47,449 bases of DNA from Pseudomonadota bacterium (GTDB lineage Bacteria; Pseudomonadota; Alphaproteobacteria; Caulobacterales; Hyphomonadaceae), in contig JBCBYJ010000001.1 in NCBI GenBank assembly GCA_039815905.1, positions 1 to 47,449 on the forward strand, read 5' to 3'. The notes below the pieces were generated by a model, which saw only the letters and a list, made by a program, of their open reading frames with translations, was not told where the DNA came from and ran no database searches. The position numbers were made by a program, and so were the translations under genes. Each line of letters opens with the position of its first letter. The first letter of the stretch is position 1. Positions 1 through 10,266 of the stretch are shown here, piece after piece.

Positions 1-100
1 GATGCTCGCGAACTTCAGGCGCAATAGCGAAAGCAGACCTTGAGAATTGTCATTGCTAGCCATTGCCGGGTGGCTAAATTGTTGGCGAAGGGGATGACGC

Positions 101-598
101 ATGACACTCGAAACGATTTACTACGCCGGACAGACCGTTGCGGTGCTGATCATCATACTAACGCTTTTTGCGTTATTGTATCAGCAACACCAAGCGAACA
201 AGATCGCCCGCAATGAACTCTCCATCGCATTGACGTCGAATAGCTATACTATGTTCAACCCGGTGACGACCGATCCCGAAGTCACGGAATTCTTTGTGCG
301 CGTGAATACGAAAGGTCACAAACTCACCGAAGCCGAAAGATTGCGATATGCAAACTTCATGCATGGTATGATCGTTTTCTTGCGCGGATCCATGACACTC
401 GCTGAAGCGAAATTGAGCGAACCGTATATGATGGAAGAGGCTAAAACGGCGGTTCAATTTTTTATGAATTACCCGCGATCGAGGAGATGGTGGCGCGCAT
501 CGCGTTCTTTTTACGGCGCAGGCGTACAGAGCATTTTGGATGAGATGATGCCCGAGTTGGCGCCAGACGAAGTTCCGTCGGAGGAGCCATCTGCTTAG
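101..598 (+). CDS. Hypothetical protein with N-terminal transmembrane helix
   Basis: 165-aa ATG ORF with GGGGA upstream; hydrophobic N-terminus (VAVLIIILTLFALLY); no recognised catalytic motif. Confidence 0.7.
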   Translation: MTLETIYYAGQTVAVLIIILTLFALLYQQHQANKIARNELSIALTSNSYTMFNPVTTDPEVTEFFVRVNTKGHKLTEAERLRYANFMHGMIVFLRGSMTLAEAKLSEPYMMEEAKTAVQFFMNYPRSRRWWRASRSFYGAGVQSILDEMMPELAPDEVPSEEPSA

Positions 599-720
599 TG
601 AGCATTTTCATGGCACAAATCTCAGAGTCCTAAACTCGCCCCTGAACGGCCTCTCAGCCGATTATTGATGGTCGCTTCAAGGACGCTTTTCTAGTCCGAC
701 AACAAAACATATGATGTCGA

Positions 721-1542
721 ATGCCCAATTCAGATACTTACGGCGTCGCCTCGAAATCCGTCGCACCCCAGCTCGACCGTCAGATGACTTCCTTGGGGAA
801 ATTAGCGATTGATGCGTTGGAGCTACAAGCGGGTTCAAGTATCATAGATGTCGGTTGCGGGGCAGGCCAAACGTGTAGCCAGCTTGCCAAAGTCGTTCGG
901 CAAGACGGATACGTCCTTGGGATTGATATCTCACCTGAGTTGGTGAGGCACTCAAAAGCGAGAACACAACAGTTACCAAACGTGGATATCGAACTCGGAG
1001 ATGTTCAGACGTATAAATTCCAACCAAGGAGATTTGATCGAATATTCTCTCGGTTCGGCGTTATGGCGTTTTCCGATCCAAAGACTGCTTTTCAGAATCT
1101 GCGCTCCGCCCTTAAATCTGATGGCCGAATGGCCTTTGTCTGCTGGCGTAAGTTCGGCGAAAACGAGATAGACCACCTCCCGTTTCGCGCAGCACATAGC
1201 TTCTTGCCCTCCGATACCACGAATAATATCTACGACTCTTCACCGTTTTCCTTTGCCAACCCAAATACAGTCACTACGCTTTTAGAAGAGGCGGGGTTTC
1301 AATCGATTGAAATCTCTTCGCACGACCAGCCTGTATCGGCGGGGAACGTCGATGATACTTTAGAGCTATGTTTAAAAGTCGGTATGCTTGGGCGTATCGT
1401 GCGAGAGAGTCCCCAGTTGCGTGCATCAGTGGAGGTTCCTTTGAGGCGCGCTCTTGAAGCAGTCACTATAGGAAATGACGTGGTAATGAACGCCGCGGTT
1501 TGGTTGGTAACGGCAAAAAACAGTTACTCCCAGGGGGCTTAA
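721..1542 (+). CDS. Class I SAM-dependent methyltransferase
   Basis: Motif I IIDVGCGAG, GIDIS, and FDRIFSRFGVMAF post-II motif. Confidence 0.9.
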   Translation: MPNSDTYGVASKSVAPQLDRQMTSLGKLAIDALELQAGSSIIDVGCGAGQTCSQLAKVVRQDGYVLGIDISPELVRHSKARTQQLPNVDIELGDVQTYKFQPRRFDRIFSRFGVMAFSDPKTAFQNLRSALKSDGRMAFVCWRKFGENEIDHLPFRAAHSFLPSDTTNNIYDSSPFSFANPNTVTTLLEEAGFQSIEISSHDQPVSAGNVDDTLELCLKVGMLGRIVRESPQLRASVEVPLRRALEAVTIGNDVVMNAAVWLVTAKNSYSQGA

Positions 1543-1651
1543 AATCGCCCCAAGCAAGACACTCACCCACGGCGTGCTTCCCTCGGATTTCGCATACCGT
1601 TTTGGGCGACCAAGCCCACACCAAATCACACGGCGAAGACCACCTACCCCA

Positions 1652-2173
1652 CTAAGGTCTTTCCCTCGGCGGACCCAGCCGCTGGTCTCCCTCCCGCCTC
1701 TGGCCTGGACCTCCTCGCCTTTCATTCTGCGTCATCGCCTGGACGAGCGCCCGGCGCTGAGCGGCGTCGAGCCGGCCCAACTGGCTAGCAATTGCGGCGT
1801 GGATTTCGGTCTCTACAGCAAGCCCGGTTTCACGAACCCGTTCTAACGCTGCTAACACTTGTTCTTCATCATAGGGGTCCGACATGGCGGCCTGAGCGAA
1901 AGCGAAGCGCGCGCGACGCTGGTCACGTCTAACATCACGTGTGTCGCGGAAAACCTGTCGAAACACTTTGCGTATTTCGTCACGGTCTTCTTCTGAGGCG
2001 ACTTGGTCCAAGCCACGCACCATTTCAAATCCGGTACGGGGGCCAGGGGCCCCAGCGTCACGCGGGTCGACGCGATGGCGCAGCCCGCCTCCGAAAATGA
2101 AGCCAATGAGTAGCGCGTTGATCACCAGAGACAGAACCAACCAGACCGACCAGGAGTTACGCGGCGCGGTCAT
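1652..2173 (-). CDS. Periplasmic heavy-metal-sensor / Spy-CpxP-like helical protein
   Basis: N-terminal TM (LVLSLVINALLIG), helical Arg/Glu-rich body, LDAAQRRAL near the end; last gene of ECF sigma operon. Confidence 0.75.
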   Translation of the reverse strand: MTAPRNSWSVWLVLSLVINALLIGFIFGGGLRHRVDPRDAGAPGPRTGFEMVRGLDQVASEEDRDEIRKVFRQVFRDTRDVRRDQRRARFAFAQAAMSDPYDEEQVLAALERVRETGLAVETEIHAAIASQLGRLDAAQRRALVQAMTQNERRGGPGQRREGDQRLGPPRERP

Positions 2174-2637
2174 TCTATATTGCCTTCTTCTAGCCAGCCT
2201 ATGTCAGACACTGCGCCTTGATCAAACAAGCTGACATAGAATTCGTCAGCTGTTTCAAACTCTGCATTGGTTGCATTTCCGGCATAAGCGTAACCACTCA
2301 CAAGACCAATCATCAGACTCGCCAATGTTGCGCCGGCCGGCCATTGCTTTCCGGGAAGGCGCCATTTCAGCAATGATCCGAGCCCGCTGAATTCCCGTTT
2401 GGGCGGCGGTGCCGCGGCAAGAATGCGGTCGGCCAACTGAGCACTTGGCTCAGGGGTGCGCTCAGCAAACAAAGCCGCATCTATGGCCTGCGCTTCGGCC
2501 AATGCGCCCGCAAAGCGATCTGGGTTTTCTGCCAGGGTTGCTTTCGCGGCTTCGCGCTCCTCTTCCGGCCAACCGCCAGGCTCGGCACCATAGGCCGCGA
2601 TCAATTCAAGGACACGTTCTTCGCTTGCATTGGTCAT
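2170..2637 (-). CDS. Putative anti-sigma factor
   Basis: AYGAEPGGWPEEER motif, single TM; 4-nt overlap with upstream ECF sigma gene. Confidence 0.7.
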   Translation of the reverse strand: MTNASEERVLELIAAYGAEPGGWPEEEREAAKATLAENPDRFAGALAEAQAIDAALFAERTPEPSAQLADRILAAAPPPKREFSGLGSLLKWRLPGKQWPAGATLASLMIGLVSGYAYAGNATNAEFETADEFYVSLFDQGAVSDIGWLEEGNIE

Positions 2638-3176
2638 TGGTTCTTCTCCACGCCGAGCGAGACACGTAAACTCCGTCGTGCCCGTCCCAGCAAACCCTCT
2701 AAAGCGTGCACGGTGACCCCCATGGCCTCTGCCGCTTCCTTATTGCCCATTCCTTCCAGCGCGCAAAGAGAGAGGGCTTCCCTTTGCCGGTCTGGCAGCT
2801 CTGCGATCTGTGACTCAATTCTCGCAATCGCTTGATTTGAGGCCAATGCATCATCCGGTCTTTGGTTCGTATCCACCTGCTCTGGCAACTCATCCATCAG
2901 GACGGGTTTCTTTTTGCGCAGCCTATCACGACTCAAATTCAGCGCGATGGTACACGCCCAAGTCGAGAAGCTTGCGCGCGGCTCCCATTCGGACAGCTTT
3001 TTCCAAGCCCGAAGGAAGGTTTCCTGTGTCACGTCCTCAGCCTCGGCACGGTCTTGAAGTAATCGATACGAGACGCGGAAGATAACCGGCATATGTCGAT
3101 GGACGAGAGCGGCCTGAGCCGCTCTATCCCCCGCCGCCGCCAGGCGGATTTGCTCGACTTCTGACTCTGTTGACAC
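2634..3176 (-). CDS. ECF RNA polymerase sigma factor
   Basis: Region 2 AEDVTQETFLRAW...FSTW; region 4 LPDRQREAL...EAAEAMG. Confidence 0.93.
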   Translation of the reverse strand: MSTESEVEQIRLAAAGDRAAQAALVHRHMPVIFRVSYRLLQDRAEAEDVTQETFLRAWKKLSEWEPRASFSTWACTIALNLSRDRLRKKKPVLMDELPEQVDTNQRPDDALASNQAIARIESQIAELPDRQREALSLCALEGMGNKEAAEAMGVTVHALEGLLGRARRSLRVSLGVEKNQ

Positions 3177-3248
3177 AAAAGCACTCTAGCGCCGCGGTGA
3201 CCGAAGGCCATGCCCGAATTGAGCCGACCTTCGGTCTTCAAAGCGAGC

Positions 3249-3731
3249 TTAGCCGTCACGTTGCATGTGTTTGCCACGATGCCCTCGTCTAAAGCCCTTT
3301 GCGGCCTCTCTCTCAGCTTCTGAAATGACACCATCATCATTACTGTCGACGCGTTGAAACATTTTTTCCGTGCGCTCGGCAGCGAAGGCGTCTTGCTCCG
3401 CCAAGGAGACAATGCCGTCGCCATCTGCATCGAGCCGTTCGAAGTGTTTGGTCATGCGCTCCGCCTGACGGGCTTCACGTTCGGCCTCTCGTGCGGAGGT
3501 GAATTCATCCAGCGTAAGGCCGCCATCACCGTTCGCGTCGGCGCTTGCAAAGCGTGCGCTGCGGTCCGCGTTGATCTCGTCGAGCGAGATATTGCCGTCG
3601 CCATTTATATCGACTTGTTCCAAATTCATCTGAGGTCCATGCCCTCGGCCCGGGCCAGCCTGCCCGAACGCGGTCAAGGCAACGGCGCCAGTGCCGGCGA
3701 GGAGGACGGTGATCACTGCAAGTTTCTTCAT
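3249..3731 (-). CDS. Secreted EF-hand calcium-binding protein
   Basis: Signal peptide; four DxNxDG-type loops (DINGDGNIS, DANGDGGLT, DADGDGIVS, DSNDDGVIS). Confidence 0.9.
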   Translation of the reverse strand: MKKLAVITVLLAGTGAVALTAFGQAGPGRGHGPQMNLEQVDINGDGNISLDEINADRSARFASADANGDGGLTLDEFTSAREAEREARQAERMTKHFERLDADGDGIVSLAEQDAFAAERTEKMFQRVDSNDDGVISEAEREAAKGFRRGHRGKHMQRDG

Positions 3732-3777
3732 TTTATCAGGTCCTTTCTATGTAACCTGATAATAAAACGAGCCTGCG

Positions 3778-6492
3778 TCATGAATCCGTCGCGAGGGATC
3801 CGATCCTTTTGCAGCGGAGTGCTGCGATTGCCCCGCAAACCTGCTCCAACTCCGCCTCAACAGCGCTGAATCCGTCCTGCGCCACAGCGCGCGCCAGTCG
3901 ATCTATTAGCCCGATTGACTTTGGCGTTTCTGGGGTCTCACCACCGAGCGCCAATCTCTGAATCTGTTGCAATGCGTGAAGATAGGCGCGGCCCCGTTCA
4001 AGCATGCGGGCCTCGTCTCTAGAAAGTATGCCATGGTCGGACAATGCAGCGACAGCATCGCTGATAGAAGCGCGCCAGCAGGCTGCGTTTCGCGCTTTAA
4101 GCAAAGCGTGTTGTACAATGAATTCGAGATCGACAATGCCGCCCTCGCACTGTTTGAGATCCCAAGCTCCAAAGGGCGGCTTTTCTTTGAAAAGGCGCCG
4201 CCGCATGTCCAAGATGTCGGCATCAAGGCTAACAGACGCTCTTGGCTCGGCAATAAATGTTTCGACAAGCGAGCTGGCGCGAGCCGCAAGATCCGGGTCC
4301 CCTGCCACGACGCGAAACCGCGTGAGCGCCATCAACTCCCAGGTCCAAGCTTCATTCCGATGATAGGATTCGAATGCCTCAATCGAAGTGGCGACCGGGC
4401 CCGCGCGCCCCGAAGGCCGAAGTCTCATATCCGTTTCGTAAAGCCGTCCCGCAGCTGTATCGGCCGAGATGGCGGTGATCAGTCTTTGGGTAAATCGCGT
4501 AAACCAGTTTTGCGCATCGCTATGGTGTTCGCGATCAAAAATCACCAGAATATCCAAATCGGAATAGGCTGAGAGTTCGCGACCGCCAAGCTTACCGAGC
4601 GCAACGATGATCCATTTACCTTTTGCAGGACCAAATCTGAGCTCCGTCTCTGCTTCGGCGGCAGCCGCCATCTCGCGGATCGATTGGTCCGCAAGATCGC
4701 TCCACACAGAGGCTGCATCCCGGGCCGCCAGCTGGCCGTGCAGCAATCGATGCCCAATCAAGAATGACTCTTCCGCATGCCAGCGCCGATATAGGTCAAG
4801 CTTGGTTTCAAAGTCTTTTTCGGTTGACACGTTAGGCGCTGGCCGCTGAACACTCTCCGAGACCAGAGATTCCATCAGGCTCGGATTACGCGCGAGCGTC
4901 ACTCCAATTTCTGGGGCAAGCGCAAGCGTGGCGATCAAGTCCTGCAGCAGAGTTGGCGCTGAAAGCAACATCGAGAGTGGCTGCACACCTGATGCCAAGC
5001 CAGACAGAAACCGACCAAACAAACGGAACGCGCCATCGGCTTCTCCGGTCTCTGCCATCGCGGTGAGCGCATCAGGAAGGAGCGCGGTTAAGAGTTCTCG
5101 CCCGCGCGGCGTTCGGGTCGCCGGAATACCGCCCCTATGCCAATTTCGGATCGCCTCGATGACCGCTTCTGGCTCTTGGAACCCCAAGCGCGTTAACGTC
5201 TCGATGGTACCCGGGTCGGTTTCAACTCCAGTGAAAACGAGATTGCCGTCAATTGCTGTTTGTCGCTTTCGGTCCTCGCCAGCAAACAATTCACCATAGC
5301 GTTGATGAACGTTTGCTCGCACCTGATCAAGCGCAGCCACAAAGTCGTTGAATCCTTTGTATCCGCACAAAAAGGCTAAGCCCGCCCGTCGCTCATCGGA
5401 CTCTGGAAGCCGATGGGTCTGTTCATCAGCGAGCATTTGAATCCGATGCTCCACCGCACGCAAGAAGCCATACGCTGAAGCCAACTCATCGCGTATTTTT
5501 GACGGCACCGCACCTTCGATCACGAGCGCATCCAGTCCATCTAGGGTACGCGGTGTCCGCAACGCCGGAACACGTCCCCCCAAAATGATTTGCTGGGTCT
5601 GAACGAAGAACTCGATTTCGCGAATTCCGCCAGGCCCGAGCTTCACATCGGCGGACGCCTCATCACCGGATCGATCGGCTTGGCTATTGATCATCCCTTT
5701 AATGGCATGAACGTCAGCGATCGCCCAATAATCCAGGTGCTGTCGCCAAACGAAGCCCTGCATGTCTGCGAGAAAGCGGTCGCAAGCTTTCCGGTCTCCG
5801 GCGACGTAGGCCGCCTTAATCCAGGCCATACGCTCCCAGTTTTGTCCGAGCGTTTCGTAATAATTGGTTGCCCTTCGGATCGGAATGGCAATCGGCGTCG
5901 ACCGCGGGTCCGGACGCAAACGGAAATCTGTTCGAAACACATACCCATCCGCAGTATGTTGTTCGAGCAGCTGGATAACAGTGCGGATCACCCGCTCGGC
6001 CAGTCGGGTTTGCTCTTTCGCGTCGGGATTGAAGAGATCTGCGTCGAAAAAGGCGACAAGATCGATATCGCTGGAATAGTTGAGCTCCCGTCCCCCCATT
6101 TTCCCAAGCGCAAGGAGGAATAGTCCATCACCCTCTGCATTGTGTTGGGCGAGCGCAACACGGAGCGCAGCTGCCACGCTCGTTTCAGCGAGAACAGTCA
6201 GCCCTTCCGTAACGTCGTTCAAATCTGCTTGCCCGGACAAATCTAACGCGGCGAGTGCGGCATGACCGAGCCGTTTGGCGCGGCGAAGCGCGCTCATCGC
6301 GTCATCAATTGAGGCCGACACTTGAACATTTTCCATCTGCGATACGGCGGACTGAAACGCGCGCTCAGCACCCGAGGCGCCAATAGTTTGGCCAAAGTCG
6401 GTGGACAGACGCGCTAAATAGGGCGCGTAATCACCGGCCCGCTGCAAAGCTTTCAACGGATCTGTATCAATGGGAGAAATAAGCTCGGTCAT
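3778..6492 (-). CDS. glnE: Bifunctional glutamine synthetase adenylyltransferase/adenylyl-removing enzyme
   Basis: Two nucleotidyltransferase domains: GKMGGRELNYSSDIDL and GKLGGRELSAYSDLDI; RLRPDP/RLRPSG; GGIREIEF. Confidence 0.96.
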   Translation of the reverse strand: MTELISPIDTDPLKALQRAGDYAPYLARLSTDFGQTIGASGAERAFQSAVSQMENVQVSASIDDAMSALRRAKRLGHAALAALDLSGQADLNDVTEGLTVLAETSVAAALRVALAQHNAEGDGLFLLALGKMGGRELNYSSDIDLVAFFDADLFNPDAKEQTRLAERVIRTVIQLLEQHTADGYVFRTDFRLRPDPRSTPIAIPIRRATNYYETLGQNWERMAWIKAAYVAGDRKACDRFLADMQGFVWRQHLDYWAIADVHAIKGMINSQADRSGDEASADVKLGPGGIREIEFFVQTQQIILGGRVPALRTPRTLDGLDALVIEGAVPSKIRDELASAYGFLRAVEHRIQMLADEQTHRLPESDERRAGLAFLCGYKGFNDFVAALDQVRANVHQRYGELFAGEDRKRQTAIDGNLVFTGVETDPGTIETLTRLGFQEPEAVIEAIRNWHRGGIPATRTPRGRELLTALLPDALTAMAETGEADGAFRLFGRFLSGLASGVQPLSMLLSAPTLLQDLIATLALAPEIGVTLARNPSLMESLVSESVQRPAPNVSTEKDFETKLDLYRRWHAEESFLIGHRLLHGQLAARDAASVWSDLADQSIREMAAAAEAETELRFGPAKGKWIIVALGKLGGRELSAYSDLDILVIFDREHHSDAQNWFTRFTQRLITAISADTAAGRLYETDMRLRPSGRAGPVATSIEAFESYHRNEAWTWELMALTRFRVVAGDPDLAARASSLVETFIAEPRASVSLDADILDMRRRLFKEKPPFGAWDLKQCEGGIVDLEFIVQHALLKARNAACWRASISDAVAALSDHGILSRDEARMLERGRAYLHALQQIQRLALGGETPETPKSIGLIDRLARAVAQDGFSAVEAELEQVCGAIAALRCKRIGSLATDS

Positions 6493-6495
6493 GGT

Positions 6496-7899
6496 TCAGC
6501 CGCGTTGCGGAAGGATCAGACGTACTAGCAGCCCGGTATCCGGCGAAGCAATGTTCGCCGATTCGAGCTTCAGTTCCCCTTTGTGCAATTCAGCGACAGC
6601 ATCCACCAAAGCCAAACCCAGTCCTGACCCGGAATGCGTTCGCGCCTGATCGAGACGGACAAATCTTTCTTTGACGCGGTCTCTCTCGGCCTGCGGAATA
6701 CCGGGACCCGTGTCCCGAACGGAGACCTCAATCCTATCTTTATGACGGAGCGCGGTGAAAGCGATCGCGCCGCCTGAAGGCGAATATTTGATAGCATTGT
6801 CCAACAGATTCGAAATCGCTTGCGCCAGCAATGCACGATCGCCACGCACAGTGAGTCGCGGCTCGATATCCGCTTCGAATCTAAGATTGGCTTCTTCGCA
6901 TGCAGGTTCAAATAACTCAGCCATTTCATCGGCCAACTCTGACAGGTAGAAGGTTTCGAAACTCTCGCCTGACGCCGTGCCAACCCGCGCCAAATTCAAA
7001 ATGGCGTTGAACGTCAGAAGCAGGCGGTCTACCTCTTCCACTGTCTGTGTCAGCGTTTCGCGGGCGCCATCAACCGTCATCTCCTCGCGGAGATAGGCCT
7101 CAATTCGATTTCGAAGCCGCGACAGAGGCGAGCGCAAATCGTGCGCAATCGCCTCTCCGGCGTGTCGCGTTGTCGCCATCAGGCTTTCGAGGCGCGCCAG
7201 CATTGCGTTCAAACGTTCAGATAGACGGTCGAACTCATCGCCCGACGAACCAATATCGGCGCGCTGCGTGAGGTCGCCGCCCATGACAGCTTCCGCAATC
7301 CGGGTGAGCCCTTCTGCCCGGCGAGACGCATAGCTGGCGCTAAAAAAGCCACCAAGCAGAGCGAGAATGATCCCAATCGGAGCCGCCGTTGCCATTGCAA
7401 ACGTCACCCGCTGCACTAGCCGGTTCCGCTCATCCATCTTGATTCCGACCAGAAGAACGCTGCCATCGTCCAAACGAACGATGCGCCCTTCAATCGTGGT
7501 GACATCAGTGTCGCGATCGGCAAACGGTCGCTCAACCTCGAACGTGACCCGGCGCACCTCGCCAAGGTCATCGGATGTGTCCACCGGCATGTGCGGCATG
7601 TCGCCGACAATGGTTTGTCCGGCCTCAGTTTCAAACTGATAGGTAAAATCTCGCACACGCACCAGTGCGCGCTCGAGCAAAGATTGCTCCAAACGCTCCG
7701 GTCCGCCGCGATTATAAGCAACGGCAAGCGTTCTAAACTCTGCTTCTAAGCGCTCTGTTGCCTCAGCACGAGATGCACCCACTGTCGCTTGGAACAGATA
7801 GGTCAGCAGCCCGGCTGAGAACAGCGCGAACAGTGTTGAATAGACCAAAGCCAGCCGGAACGTCGTCGTCCGGATAAAGGCAAAGGGACCAGACTTCAT
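6496..7899 (-). CDS. HAMP-domain sensor histidine kinase
   Basis: Two TMs, HAMP, H-box IAHDLRSPL, N-box NLLDNAIKYS, DTGPGI, GSGLGL. Confidence 0.95.
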   Translation of the reverse strand: MKSGPFAFIRTTTFRLALVYSTLFALFSAGLLTYLFQATVGASRAEATERLEAEFRTLAVAYNRGGPERLEQSLLERALVRVRDFTYQFETEAGQTIVGDMPHMPVDTSDDLGEVRRVTFEVERPFADRDTDVTTIEGRIVRLDDGSVLLVGIKMDERNRLVQRVTFAMATAAPIGIILALLGGFFSASYASRRAEGLTRIAEAVMGGDLTQRADIGSSGDEFDRLSERLNAMLARLESLMATTRHAGEAIAHDLRSPLSRLRNRIEAYLREEMTVDGARETLTQTVEEVDRLLLTFNAILNLARVGTASGESFETFYLSELADEMAELFEPACEEANLRFEADIEPRLTVRGDRALLAQAISNLLDNAIKYSPSGGAIAFTALRHKDRIEVSVRDTGPGIPQAERDRVKERFVRLDQARTHSGSGLGLALVDAVAELHKGELKLESANIASPDTGLLVRLILPQRG

Positions 7900-8570
7900 G
7901 CTTGCAGGCAGTAACCCGCACCACGCACCGTCTGCAAGAGCTGATGATCAAACTCGCGATCAATCTTCGAGCGCAATCGAGAGATATGAACATCGATCAC
8001 ATTCGTCTGCGGGTCGAAGTGATAGTTCCAGACTTTCTCCAACAGCATTGTGCGGGTCACAGTTTGACCCGCATGCCGCATCAGGAATTCAAGCAATTTG
8101 AACTCACGCGGTTGAAGGTCGATACGTGTGGTTCCACGGTTCACCGCTCTCGACAGAAGGTCCATTTCCAGGTCGCCCACACGGAGACGAGTTACAGGAG
8201 GTTCATCCTTGGTTTGGCGACGTCCAAGCGCTTCAACACGGGCAACCAGCTCTTCTGGCGCAAATGGCTTTGCTAGATAATCATCCGCACCCGCTTGCAG
8301 ACCTTCAACGCGATTGTCGACTTCTGACAGGGCTGAAAGAAACAAAGCGGGTGTGGTGCCACCGGCATTGCGATACTCTTGAACAAGCTGCAATCCCGGT
8401 TTTTCCGGCAACATGCGATCGACGACGAGGGCATCGAAGATGTCTTCACGGGCTCTCACGAGACCCCCGACACCGTCGCCGATTGTCTCTACATTGTGGC
8501 CAGCATCTGCCAGCACTTGTTCGATGAATTGAGCGTGCTCAACATCATCTTCAATGACCAAAACCCGCAT
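7896..8570 (-). CDS. OmpR-family response regulator
   Basis: Receiver (VIEDD, VDRMLP, DDYLAKPF) plus winged helix (VIDVHISRLRSKID, TVRGAGY). Confidence 0.95.
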   Translation of the reverse strand: MRVLVIEDDVEHAQFIEQVLADAGHNVETIGDGVGGLVRAREDIFDALVVDRMLPEKPGLQLVQEYRNAGGTTPALFLSALSEVDNRVEGLQAGADDYLAKPFAPEELVARVEALGRRQTKDEPPVTRLRVGDLEMDLLSRAVNRGTTRIDLQPREFKLLEFLMRHAGQTVTRTMLLEKVWNYHFDPQTNVIDVHISRLRSKIDREFDHQLLQTVRGAGYCLQA

Positions 8571-8581
8571 TCACATCTCCT

Positions 8582-10099
8582 CTACTCTTCGTCCCCTGCC
8601 CCCAAATCAACTGTCACGAACGATGTCCGAGGACCCGCACGTACCGCAAGCAATATTTTATCACGCCCACGTTCCAGTGCGCTCTCGATCGCCTCTTCAA
8701 GGTCGGAAACGCTCTCAAGTGCGCGATCGTTCGCATCGAGGAGAATCATCCCCGGGCGAATACCAAGATCGCCAAGTGGGCTGTCGCTTTCGAGCGACTC
8801 AATGATCAGTCCGGCCTCTGAGGCGTCCATATCCATGGCCTCGCGCGTATCCGGATCGATCGGTCTCAAATAGGCGCCAAGCGGCCCTTCTGTCGATTCA
8901 GTTTCGTCGCTGTCTGAGCGATCTTGCTCCAAGCGCGGGAAGGCCGATCCGAGGTCATCTGGACGTTCTCCAACGGTGACGGAGATCGTCTCGCGGCTGC
9001 CGTCACGTAAAACGACAAAGCTGTTTTTCGACCCCGCAGCAAGGGCGCCAACTAGGCGGGTGGTATCCGTTGCGTCATCGACGGACTGGCCGTTGATTTC
9101 GACAATAATGTCACCGCGTTTGATACCCGATTCGCGGGCTGGGCTGCCCGTTACGAGATCTGCCACAATGGCGCCGCGTGCTTCGCTCAAGCCGCGCGCA
9201 TCTGCCATATCCGGCGTCACATCTTGGATGGTCACACCCAGCCAGCCGCGAGACACACGACCGCTTTGAATAAGCGTATCGGTGACGTCCCGGGCGAGGT
9301 CTGCCGGAATTGCGAACCCGATCCCAACAGAACCACCTGTGGGCGAGAAAATCGCCGTGTTCACGCCGACAACGCGGCCATAGAGATCAAAGGTCGGCCC
9401 GCCAGAATTTCCGCGATTGATCGCGGCATCGATCTGCAGAAAGTCTGTATAGGGATTTGAATTGCCAAGGTCGCGGCCATCCGCAGACAAGATCCCAGCC
9501 GTTGCCGTCCCACCCAAGCCGAATGGATTGCCAAGGGCAACCACCCAGTCGCCGCGCCTCAGCTCGCTGCTGCTGCCGAATTCGACAAACGGATAGTCGC
9601 CACTCTCGACAACACGGAGGACCGCCAAATCGGTCTGCGCATCGGTGCCAACGAGCTCTGCTTCGAGTTCGCGTCCATCTTCTAATACGACTTCGATTTC
9701 CGTCGCATTTTCTACGACGTGATTGTTGGTGACGATGTACCCTTCAGCAGAAATGAAGAAACCAGATCCAAGGGAGCGCGCTTCACGCGTTGAGGGTTCG
9801 CGCTCTTCATCGTCTTCGTCTTCTTCAAACCCCGGGCCTTGGCGGAACCGCTCAAAAAAGCGTTCGAGCTCGGACAGGTCGCTGCGCTCTTGCTCAGAAA
9901 CAACGTTTACGCTGACAACGGCTGGACTGACGCTTTCGATCAGGTCCGCGAAGCTGATAGGCGCGCCATTCGGCGCATCAATAGTAATGGGTTGAGTGTC
10001 GGCAGAGACCAATTGTGGTCCCCAAACCAAGGCTGCCATGGCGCCTGCACCGACACCTGCTGCGACAAGCGCACTTGCCGAAATGCCCAGCAATTTCAT
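8582..10099 (-). CDS. degP: DegP/DegQ (Do-family) serine endoprotease
   Basis: TNNHVV, DLAVL, GNSGGP catalytic triad motifs, two PDZ domains; ATG at 10099 preceded by GGAGG. Confidence 0.93.
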   Translation of the reverse strand: MKLLGISASALVAAGVGAGAMAALVWGPQLVSADTQPITIDAPNGAPISFADLIESVSPAVVSVNVVSEQERSDLSELERFFERFRQGPGFEEDEDDEEREPSTREARSLGSGFFISAEGYIVTNNHVVENATEIEVVLEDGRELEAELVGTDAQTDLAVLRVVESGDYPFVEFGSSSELRRGDWVVALGNPFGLGGTATAGILSADGRDLGNSNPYTDFLQIDAAINRGNSGGPTFDLYGRVVGVNTAIFSPTGGSVGIGFAIPADLARDVTDTLIQSGRVSRGWLGVTIQDVTPDMADARGLSEARGAIVADLVTGSPARESGIKRGDIIVEINGQSVDDATDTTRLVGALAAGSKNSFVVLRDGSRETISVTVGERPDDLGSAFPRLEQDRSDSDETESTEGPLGAYLRPIDPDTREAMDMDASEAGLIIESLESDSPLGDLGIRPGMILLDANDRALESVSDLEEAIESALERGRDKILLAVRAGPRTSFVTVDLGAGDEE

Positions 10100-10168
10100 A
10101 CTGTTCTCTACCTCCAACTATGAAGAGCATTATGTGATGCCACTTTCGACATAGATACACCCTTCGAT

Positions 10169-10264
10169 ATATTAAACATCATTTAGATTTGAAATCAATA
10201 AAAACAAGGACTTAGGCAAGTCACGATGGCTTTATATCGGTCAATAACGGCAAAAGTCGGACGG
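10169..10264 (+). promoter_or_regulatory. Candidate left attachment site (core, IHF-type site, arm-type motif)
   Basis: AT-rich gap: ATATTAA-ACATCAT-TTAGATT imperfect inverted repeat around 7 bp; AAACAAGGACTTA (10202-10214, one mismatch to IHF WATCARNNNNTTR); AAAGTCGGACGG (10253-10264). Confidence 0.45.
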
Positions 10265-10266
10265 GA

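Noticed and set aside
1-720. Possible cassette-boundary repeats (AAAGCAGACC, GGTCGCTT) around the two accessory genes
   Set aside because: Only short partial motifs; no complete repeated or palindromic unit can be shown within the window
10118-10142. Possible dif/Xer site (TTATGTGATG)
   Set aside because: Only a partial XerD-arm match and no convincing XerC arm
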